Positions 1 to 9,676 of a stretch of DNA of 32,644 nt are shown in pieces. Under the pieces are notes generated by a model. It was not told the origin of the DNA, did not search any database, and worked only from the letters and a program-made list of their open reading frames with translations. The stretch comes from Nemertoderma westbladi (lineage: Eukaryota > Animalia > Xenacoelomorpha). The translations under genes and the position numbers were made by a program. Numbering within the stretch: the stretch's first letter is position 1; every line of letters begins with the position of its first letter. The stretch covers positions 1 through 32,644 of the forward strand of contig JAUCBJ010006264.1 in assembly GCA_032718475.1 (NCBI GenBank), given 5' to 3'.

Positions 1-1348
1 CCTGCATATATTTGTATTCGTTTGGTTATGGGTGTGCCCCCCCATATCTACTGATAATGTATAATACAGTAATGGGCAAACCTACTGTTACACAACAGAA
101 GTTGTTGTAAATGTGCAATCCTGGGTGCAACCAAGTAATGGTTTCTTGGAGTTTGAAGCGAGAACAAATTTTATTGATTACTATCAGGAATGGTGACTTG
201 AATTATCAAATACTATGGCCACCAATTAGATTTCAACAATAAAACCAAAAACTTTCAAAATATACATATGTACTACATTAGTATTGTACATCTAAATAAA
301 AATCAGTAGTTAGGCATTACCGAGCTGCCCTGTTGAAGGCCTGTTGTTTGTTTTATATTGTTCATTTGTTTCAATATAATTTCATATTTGGGCCGAAATA
401 TTGGCAATAAACTCAATTTTGACCAATGATACCACCCACAGATCTGCTACCCGCCTTTAATCCTTTTAAGTATGTTTACACCGGTGGTCTGGGCAAGGAA
501 CTAACTCTGGAATCAAGCATCTTAAATCGTTTTTCTGAACACTGGCTCTTGATTATGTTTACTATTGTATTAGATCCCTCGAAACGTCATACATGGGAAT
601 AAAAACGTAGGACATCTCATCTTATATTATTCAATATTTTCTCGACCATTTATTAACCTCGCTAACGTTCAGTAAATTAAATGCAGTTTTGCAAACTAAA
701 TGGGGCACAACAAACAACCTCAAACACGCCGCAGATATTCCCTGAACACTGAAACAGTTCATTTCCATGTCTGTCTGCCTGTCTCTGTTGTTTTTTTCAA
801 TATTATATTAATGCCTAAAATATCTTATGAAAACTTGTAAATATTACGCAGTTAGTTGAAAGCGATAGGCCTATAATACTGAATGAGTGAGTAAGAGTAC
901 CTTATGCTAAACCTACATATTATTATACCAATACCAGTACTGATCCCACAATGTTTATTGTGTAATGTAACCTAGCTCTAGCTTATATGATATTACATTG
1001 TATGTTGTTGACCATAAATCTTAATCAATAATGAGTGTATTAATAAAGCATTGCAACATATTTCCAACAACACAATAATCCCTACTCAGTGTATGCTGTG
1101 TTGTTTCTCATAATCACCCCAGTTCCGAGTTCTTCCAAGTTAATTAGCCTAGTATAACAACTGTAGGCTAGAGAGGTACGTTATAATTTGATGATGATGA
1201 TCTGATGTGATGTACTTTAATAATTAACTGTATTAAAAACATTTCGGCACTGCGGGGTGGTACTACTGGAGTTAGTGGAGTTGGAGTGTTGTTAGACACT
1301 GTATAAAGTACTAGCGGATAGACTCGCTTTGTAACTAATGCTACAACA

Positions 1349-1648
1349 ATGTCTGCGTCCGTTGGTTTCCCAGTCAGCGCGTTATCCCTTTCGCCATCGC
1401 GGGATCTTAAAGACCTTCCTATTGGACTTAGAGTTGCCACTGTTGGTCGCAATCTATTCAAAGTCTACAGTGTGGAGGACAGCGAATTTAAAGAGATAGC
1501 CAACCTTCGTGTTGGGAGGAATCTAAATCTCACTTACAGTTCCACCGATGTGGCTTGGAACCCATTCGATGAGAATGTTATAGCTAGCGCAGCTACTAAT
1601 GGTTCCGTTGTATTGTGGAACCTGCAGAAGGGAGCCCGTAATAAACAG
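1349..1648 (+). CDS. WDR24: WDR24 (GATOR2 complex WD40 protein), coding exon 1
   Basis: ATG at 1349 in ACAACAATG context. Peptide VATVGRNLFKVYSVED...NLRVGRNLNLTYSSTDVAWNPFDENVIASAATNGSVVLWNL resembles the WDR24 N-terminus. Donor CAG|GTTGGT at 1648/1649; 300 nt, phase 0. Confidence 0.9.
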
Positions 1649-1873
1649 GTTGGTATCCATGGTAATTATAATAGCTCGTACCAGTAATATGCTGGCTATT
1701 CTAACCAAAACAATAAATTGAGAGTCAGTAGCAAAGGTTACGTGATAGCAAAGGTTATGTGATATTTCTCTAAACCAGCTGATTTTATGCGTCGATTTCC
1801 CCTTATCACCCTGGGTTCTTAATCGAAATACCGGTACTGGTGTTGTTATTAAATCTAAGTTGTTTGCTTTTAG

Positions 1874-2767
1874 GACACGGTGTACAGCGAACACGCGCAG
1901 ACCGTGAACCGTATCCGTTTCCATAACGACGAGCACCACGTCCTACTGAGCGGCGCTCACGACGGCCTCGTGAAGCTGTTCGACCTGCGAGAAAAACTCT
2001 CGGTTCAGACGTTCCACGTGGGGGAACGCGTTCGCGACGTAATGTTCGTGAACCGGGAGTTTATCGTCGCGTTGGAGAACGGAACCGTGGAGCAATGGAG
2101 TCTGCGGTCCCCGGACCGACGACAGTGGGACTTTACGGCCCACACGGGGCCAGTGTTCGCGCTGGACGTAGCCAACGGTCTCCTAGCCACCGGCGGTCGA
2201 GACAAACTCGTCAAGGTCTGGGACCTCGGGGTCTCCCCTATCCGGGAGAAGCAGACCATACAGACGATAGCCTCGGTGGCTCGCGTTAAGTGGCGTCCGG
2301 GATTCGCCAGACAGCTAACCACTTCCTCCCTCCTTATCGACTTTACCGTGAATATCTGGGATATTAAACGTCCTTACATCCCCATCCAATCCTTCCACAA
2401 CCACAAGGACGTTACCACAGACTTCTCTTGGTGGCGACAGGACTCCGAGGGGATGACTTTACTCACCGTCTCCAAGGATTCCTCCATCGCCCGTCTCAAC
2501 TGCCGCGTAGACGGGATCCGCACCGCCGAGATGGCGCCCCCTGTCGGACTCAGCGTGAACTCCCGAGGGGACGCAGTCGCCCTAGCGACCGGGTCGTCCG
2601 ACAGCTCGCGTCGATCCTTGCAGCCGCCGCTTGGGGGCGTTGTCCTACAGAAGCCCCAATACGCCCAATCACAACGACCAATGATGTTCAACAGGAGAAG
2701 TAAACCCGAGTCGGATGGATTCAACACAGAGTATTGTTCGTCGCTCTCCACTTACACATGCGATACG
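1874..2767 (+). CDS. WDR24: WDR24 coding exon 2 (WD40 repeats)
   Basis: Acceptor TTTGCTTTTAG|GAC at 1873/1874 joins in frame to give NKQ-DTVYSEHAQTVNRIRFH. Contains WD40 motifs (AHTGPVF, LATGGRDKLVKVWD, QTIASVARVKWRP, IWDIKRPYIP, HKDVTT). Donor ACG|GTTAGT at 2767/2768; 894 nt. Confidence 0.92.
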
Positions 2768-4100
2768 GTTAGTTAGTCTCCATTTACACATGCGATACGG
2801 TTAGTCTCCACTTACACATGTGATACGGTTAGTTAGTCTCCACTTACACATGCGATACGGTTAGTCTCCACTTACACATGCGATACGGTTAGTCTCCACT
2901 TACACATGCGATACGGTTAGTTAGTCTCCATTTACACATGCGATACGGTTAGTTAGTCTCCACTTACACATGCGATACGGTTAGTCTCCACTTACACATG
3001 CGATACGGTTAGTTAGTCTCCACTTACACATGCGATACGGTTAGTCTCCACTTACACATGCGATACGGTTAGTCTCCACTTACACATGCGATACGGTTAG
3101 TTAGTCTCCATTTACACATGCGATACGGTTAGTTAGTCTCCATTTACACATGCGATACGGTTAGTTAGTCTCCACTTACACATGCGATACGGTTAGTCTC
3201 CACTTACACATGCGATACGGTTAGTTAGTCTCCACTTACACATGCGATACGGTTAGTCTCCATTTACACATGCGATACGGTTAGTTAGTCTCCACTTACA
3301 CATGCGATACGGTTAGTTAGTCTCCATTTACACATGCGATACGGTTAGTCTCCATTTACACATGCGATACGGTTAGTTAGTCTCCACTTACACATGCGAT
3401 ACGGTTAGTTAGTCTCCACTTACACATGCGATACGGTTAGTTAGTCTCCATTTACACATGCGATACGGTTAGTCTCCATTTACACATGCGATACGGTTAG
3501 TTAGTCTCCACTTACACATGCGATACGGTTAGTTAGTCTCCACTTACACATGCGATACGGTTAGTTAGTCTCCACTTACACATGTGATACGGTTAGTTAG
3601 TCTCCACTTACACATGCGATACGGTTAGTTAGTCTCCATTTACACATGCGATACGGTTAGTTAGTCTCCACTTACACATGCGATACGGTTAGTTAGTCTC
3701 CACTTACACATGCGATACGGTTAGTTAGTCTCCACTTACACATGCGATACGGTTAGTTAGTCTCCATTTACACATGCGATACCGTTAGTCTCCATTTACA
3801 CATGCGATACGGTTAGTTAGTCTCCACTTACACATGCGATACGGTTAGTTAGTCTCCATTTACACATGCGATACGGTTAGTTAGTCTCCACTTACACATG
3901 CGATACGGTTAGTTAGTCTCCACTTACACATGCGATACGGTTAGTCTCCACTTACACATGCGATACGGTTAGTTAGTCTCCATTTACACATGCGATACGG
4001 TTAGTTAGTCTCCACTTACACATGCGATACGGTTAGTTAGTCTCCACTTACACATGCGATACGGTTAGTTAGTCTCCACTTACACATGCGATACGGTTAG
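2745..4100 (+). repeat. Minisatellite A1, 28/32-bp unit CTCCA(C/T)TTACACATG(C/T)GATACG|GTTAG(TTAG)T, about 44 copies
   Basis: Direct tandem repeat with CTCCA at 2746, 2778, 2806 and onward. The first unit is the end of exon 2 plus its donor site. Confidence 0.97.
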
Positions 4101-4101
4101 T

Positions 4102-4927
4102 GTTCGCGCTTTCAGACCTTTAGCAGTTTAACCTGCCAAATTGGGATGTCTTTTAGATAATAGATCGTCTTTAGCCTATGACAAGTATTTGATACACTAC
4201 ATTAGCCGAAGCCAGTCTATGCGCGATCATTCACCCGCTGGATATACCCGGGAGACTGGATTCGGAAGCCTAACCGTATTGCGGGGTAGGCCTACTGTAT
4301 TATTCGATTGATCGTAATATATAATCTCTGACAAATATTATTCACTTTCTGGAAATATTAACAGTTCCTTTAGGACGTGGCGTTCTAAATATGTAAACAG
4401 AGTTATGACTTAAACTAAACACAACGGGATGGCTATAGATTCACGTATATGGCGCATTCTTTAGGAGATGCTTTGTTATCAGTCACAATCATACACAATA
4501 CTGCGCAATGCTGCACACTGATCTGCCGACCTTCACTAATTTTAGTCACATATAAAGAGAACAACAGACGGTACATGTAGTGCTTATGAAATAGCATTTG
4601 ATTCACTTCAAACCACTTTAATGTAAGTCGCAATCGTTATATGTAACCGGTCTCTCTAACCTTCAGTATATCAAGAAGATTGGGGTGTCTGATTATTTAT
4701 CAGTATTCCAAATATAATATTCCATCAACAGATATAATGAATAACCGACAGTAAATAGCAGTAAAATGTTAAGTTAAGTTTGATTGATATGTGATATGAA
4801 TTGGTTTGTTTGTGAGTTAACAGATATACGTTCTATAATTAAGCCTACTAATGTTGGGCTAAAGACTGAAAACACCGAGATTCCAAAGCCGGTCTTTCTG
4901 GGCTCAGGACAAAATGTCTACATTGAC
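4102..4927. mobile_element. Possible non-autonomous insertion splitting minisatellite A
   Basis: Unique AT-rich block inside the array, flanked by AGT on both sides (4099-4101, 4928-4930). Degenerate inverted repeat TTTCAGACCTTTAGC (4110-4124) versus GCTAAAGACTGAAA (4858-4871). Confidence 0.4.
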
Positions 4928-4928
4928 A

Positions 4929-7014
4929 GTCTCCATTTACACATGTGATACGGTTAGTTAGTCTCCACTTACACATGCGATACGGTTAGTTAGTCTCCAC
5001 TTACACATGCGATACGGTTAGTCTCCACTTACACATGTGATACGGTTAGTTAGTCTCCACTTACACATGCGATACGGTTAGTTAGTCTCCACTCACACAT
5101 GCGATACGGTTAGTTAGTCTCCATTTACACATGCGATACGGTTAGTTAGTCTCCACTTACACATGCGATACGGTTAGTCTCCACTTACACATACGATACG
5201 GTTAGTCTCCATTTACACATGTGATACGGTTAGTTAGTCTCCATTTACACATGTGATACGGTTAGTTAGTCTCCACTTACACATGCGATACGGTTAGTTA
5301 GTCTCCACTTACACATACGATACGGTTAGTCTCCACTTACACATACGATACGGTTAGTCTCCACTTACACATGCGATACGGTTAGTTAGTCTCCACTTAC
5401 ACATGCGATACGGTTAGTTAGTCTCCATTTACACATGCGATACGGTTAGTTAGTCTCCACTTACACATGCGATACGGTTAGTTAGTCTCCACTTACACAT
5501 GCGATACGGTTAGTTAGTCTCCACTTACACATGTGATACGGTTAGTTAATCTCCATTTACACATGTGATACGGTTAGTCTCCACTTACACATGCGATACG
5601 GTTAGTTAGTCTCCACTTACACATGCGATACGGTTAGTCTCCACTTACACATGCGATATGGTTAGTTAGTCTCCATTTACACATGCGATACGGTTAGTTA
5701 GTCTCCACTTACACATGCGATACGGTTGTTAGTCTCCATTGACACATGTGATACGGTTAGTTGGTCTCCATTTACACATGTGATACGGTTAGTTAGTCTC
5801 CATTTACACATGTGATACGGTTAGTCTCCACTTACACATGCGATACGGTTAGTTAGTCTCCACTTACACATGCGATACGGTTAGTTATTCTCCACTTACA
5901 CATGCGATACGGTTAGTCTCCACTTACACATGCGATACGGTTAGTTAGTCTCCATTTACACATGTGATAAGGTTAGTTGGTCTCCACTTACACATGCGAT
6001 ACGGTTAGTTAGTCTCCATTTACACATGCGATACGGTTAGTTAGTCTCCATTTACACATGCGATACGGTTAGTCTCCACTTACACATGTGATACGGTTAG
6101 TTAGTCTCCACTTACACATGCGATACGGTTAGTTAGTCTCCATTTACACATGTGATACGGTTAGTTAGTCTCCACTTACAAATGCGATACGGTTAGTCTC
6201 CACTTACACATGTGATACGGTTAGTCTCCACTTACACATGCGATACGGTTAGTCTCCACTTACACATGTGATACGGTTAGTTAGTCTCCACTTACACATG
6301 TGATACGGTTAGTCTCCACTTACACATGCGATACGGTTAGTCTCCACTTACACATGTGATACGGTTAGTTAGTCTCCACTTACACATGCGATACGGTTAG
6401 TTAGTCTCCATTTACACATGTGATACGGTTAGTTAGTCTCCACTTACAAATGCGATACGGTTAGTCTCCACTTACACATGCGATACGGTTAGTTAGTCTC
6501 CACTTACACATGTGATACGGTTAGTCTCCACTTACACATGCGATACGGTTAGTTAGTCTCCACTTACACATGCGATACGGTTAGTTAGTCTCCACTTACA
6601 CATGCGATACGGTTAGTTAGTCTCCATTTACACATGCGATACGGTTAGTTAGTCTCCATTTACACATGCGATACGGTTTGTCTCCACTTACACATGCGAT
6701 ACGGTTAGTTAGTCTCCATTTACACATGCGATACGGTTAGTCTCCACTTACACATGCGATATGGTTAGTCTCCACTTACACATGCGATACGGTTAGTTAG
6801 TCTCCACTTACACATGTGATACGGTTAGTTAGTCTCCATTTACACATGCGATACGGTTAGTCTCCACTTACACATGCGATACGGTTAGTCTCCACTTACA
6901 CATGTGATACGGTTAGTTAGTCTCCACTTACACATGCGATACGGTTAGTTAGTCTCCACTTACACATGCGATATGGTTAGTCTCCACTTACACATGTGAT
7001 ACTGTTAGTTAGTC
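4929..7014 (+). repeat. Minisatellite A2, same 28/32-bp unit, about 68 copies
   Basis: The same unit resumes after an ~0.83-kb unique interruption and carries somewhat more point variants. Confidence 0.97.
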
Positions 7015-7260
7015 AAGACCGAGTCAAGACCAATCGAGCCCAATCGAGCTGTACCGAGCCGATCGAGCCGAGTCGAGCCCAATAGAGATGAGTCGAGCCC
7101 AATTGAGCCGAGTCCAACCAAGTTGAGTCCAATCGACCCAGACCGAGCCGATCGAGCTGAGTCAAGCCGATCAAGCCGAATCGAGAGGATCGAGCCGAAT
7201 CGAACCGAGTTGAGCCGGACCAAGCCGAGTCGAGTCCAGCGAGCCGAGTCGACCCCAATC
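7015..7260. repeat. Degenerate 5/10-bp repeat (GAGCC/GAGTC/AATCG type)
   Basis: Runs such as CGAGCCGATCGAGCCGAGTCGAGCCCAAT; these explain the spurious low-complexity ORFs here. Confidence 0.85.
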
Positions 7261-7316
7261 GTCTATTTTATTTATAAAAAGTCGGTTCCTTATCGGGCCG
7301 CTAGGCCTGTCACTAG
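7015..7316 (+). mobile_element. Possible non-autonomous Helitron 3' portion
   Basis: GC hairpin GGGCC-GCTA-GGCCT (7295-7308) followed by CTAG (7313-7316) and then T, the typical Helitron 3' signature. The 5' end is not defined. Confidence 0.4.
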
Positions 7317-7738
7317 TAATTTTGTAATATAATAATTGTTTTTGTTTTAATTGCTTTAATAGGTAATAGATTTGGAAACCGAGTTGCTAGATTGGTCTGG
7401 TTTTGACCTATTTCGCACTTGATTTTACCTTTTACAAACTACTTCAGTCTAATACTGTTTGTGATTGGATAATGTCAATGTCAAAGTGTAACTAGATCCT
7501 TCCTGCAAATAAATTAGGTCAAAATAAACAATGTACACTTTGTTGTTGAAAATGTCTTGAAAATGTTCCTTATAAAATGTTCCAGAACAAGTTATTCTCA
7601 TTCTATAACGTTTTTTTATATTTTTGTATCTTTTGGATAGTGGCCTAGAACAAAATTATATGTTCTAGAACATTTTTTATAAAACCTAAAATATTTAGAA
7701 CATTTCAAATCTTTATAAATGAGCTATTTTAAAAATTA

Positions 7739-8782
7739 CAAGGGGTTGGTGGAACAGGAGTTTTATAGCCCCGAAAGACAATTAAAAGATAATTTAAACA
7801 ACGGCCTATATATTTCTCCCCGTTGGGGTATCGTCAGGGCCTGATTACTTAAACAAACTGGTAAAACTGCAAAGCACAAAAGTATGAAACACCGGTACCG
7901 GTATGTAAAGTAAAGCAGTAAGGGACATCAGACTCATGACTGGCTAAACACAAACAGAACCTACAGTGGCAGAGTGGTACGTACTAAAAGGTAGAACGAT
8001 CTATAACGGGCTATAACGATCTATAACGGGCTATAATTTCCTATAAACAGGCTATAACCACCTATAACGAGCTATAATATGAAAATTTACATTAAAAAAA
8101 CGCCCCTTGGGTGTGTTTAACTTTTGTATTAACACGGTGGTCTGAAAAATCCCGCAGGTTAAAAATTAGGGTAGGCCTATCTGCCTATGCCTAATTGATA
8201 ATTGATACTGGTAAGTTTTTTTTATTGGCCTATATTGCTCACATTCCTGTATTCTATATCGACCAGAAGCTGACAGCGGATATAGCAGGATGGAGGATAG
8301 ACAGAGAGATGAGAGACCTCTCCTCTGCTGCACTGTTTGAAAGTCAGAAAATGCAGTAGTGGCATGCTAACTAATGCAGTAATGACTGATTTCGTGATAC
8401 CACAAAGATGAAATGCGTTATGGACTAAAAAAAATCCAAATTGCCTAATTAAATTACTGACTAGGATAATAAATCCATTCTAAAATAGGTTTTTTTATTG
8501 TAAATTTTCAGATTATAGCTCGTTATAGGTGGTTATAGCTTGTTATGGGGAAGTTATAGCCCGTTATAGATCGTTGTAGCCCGTTATAGATCGTTCTACC
8601 TTTTAGTACGTACCACCTACAGTATATCTCCAAAAAATTATATAGATACAGTATATTTTTATAAGACAAAGCTAAACAAATGCCCCCAAATATGATATAG
8701 GCTAAGCTTACAAAATAACAAAATCAAATTACATTACAACTTTATTAAATTAAATTTAAACTCCTGTTCCACCAACCCCTTG
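7739..8782. mobile_element. MITE with terminal inverted repeats and TA flanks (Tc1/mariner-like, non-autonomous)
   Basis: Perfect 29-bp inverted repeat ATTACAAGGGGTTGGTGGAACAGGAGTTT (7735-7763 versus 8758-8786), with TA at 7737-7738 and 8783-8784. No ORF. Confidence 0.8.
7968..8616. mobile_element. Nested foldback/MITE element with ~127-bp inverted repeats
   Basis: Imperfect inverted repeats at 7974-8100 and ~8490-8616 (GTGGTACGTACTAAAAGGTAGAACGATCTATAACGGGC...), built from CTATAAC subrepeats. Direct repeat CCTACAGT at 7960-7967 and 8616-8623 is a candidate target-site duplication. Confidence 0.8.
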
Positions 8783-9268
8783 TAATGGATCATTGTGACG
8801 CCCTTAAGTCGGCTTGCCACTACCTTAAACAATATTGAAAATTGGGAGGGGTCATAGGGTGGTGGTGTTGGGTACCTAATGAGCTAGTAGATAGTATGAT
8901 AGAATGTAGATATAATGAACTAGACAGGTGAGCCATGGCCTACGTTGAGCATACCGAAGAGTCATTAATTTCTTCTAGAATAAGTTTTATTGAAACCAAA
9001 AGCTACGCATTGCATGTTAAATAACGTGGAATATATTATTCTACCATTCCCTCGATTCTTTATTAACCTATCTGCACTCGGTGAATAGAATATCTCAACC
9101 GAAAACTGTTGGTATCCTTGATGGTGGTGTTCATTTTCGAAGCGCCTTAAAAAATGTTTGAACGTGAAAGTAAACTTAATTCGAAATGTCTGTTTTAAAT
9201 TTTAATCTAGAACCAATCAATTGATATCTCTTATTTTTGATTTTAGACTATATTATTTTTATTTGTAG

Positions 9269-9676
9269 TCTGCCGATGGTGGAGTTGCAGCTAATTCCAT
9301 CACCATGGAAACGTATAATTTATGCGAATTCGCAAAGAGATACCATGTGCGAGGCGGCAGCGTGTACACCCGTTGCGAACACAACCGCGTGGTGGCCGAG
9401 AGTCTGAACCGAAGGGACGTCGCCTTGAACTGGCGGATGTTACAGATATATTACGGCAAGTCCCTCGTTGCAGTCTCAACCGACGTTGCAACGGTTGACA
9501 AGGCAACCACAGGAGACAGCCAATGGGAGAGCTCGCGTGTCCGGGTTGGACTCAGTGATCCGGTACCCAACAACGTAGAGACGTCGGATAACGACGAGTC
9601 AGAGGGGAGCGATCTGGAAGGGATGAATACCGGACGAGACGTTCCGATAGGCTACACAACGGAACCCTTGAACCAA
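9269..9676 (+). CDS. WDR24: WDR24 coding exon 3
   Basis: Acceptor TTTTTATTTGTAG|TCT at 9268/9269, in frame with ORF 9305. Peptide FAKRY...CEHNRVVAESLNRRDVALNWRML matches the WDR24 central CxHN motif. Donor CAA|GTGAGT at 9676/9677; 408 nt. Confidence 0.88.

Noticed and set aside
1168-2751. Several overlapping antisense or alternate-frame ORFs
   Set aside because: Shadow ORFs of GC-rich WDR24 exons with no recognisable motifs; the same applies to 13376-13989 and 30602-31309.
7005-7332. Short RLGS/SRAE-type ORFs
   Set aside because: They come from the degenerate pentamer repeat.
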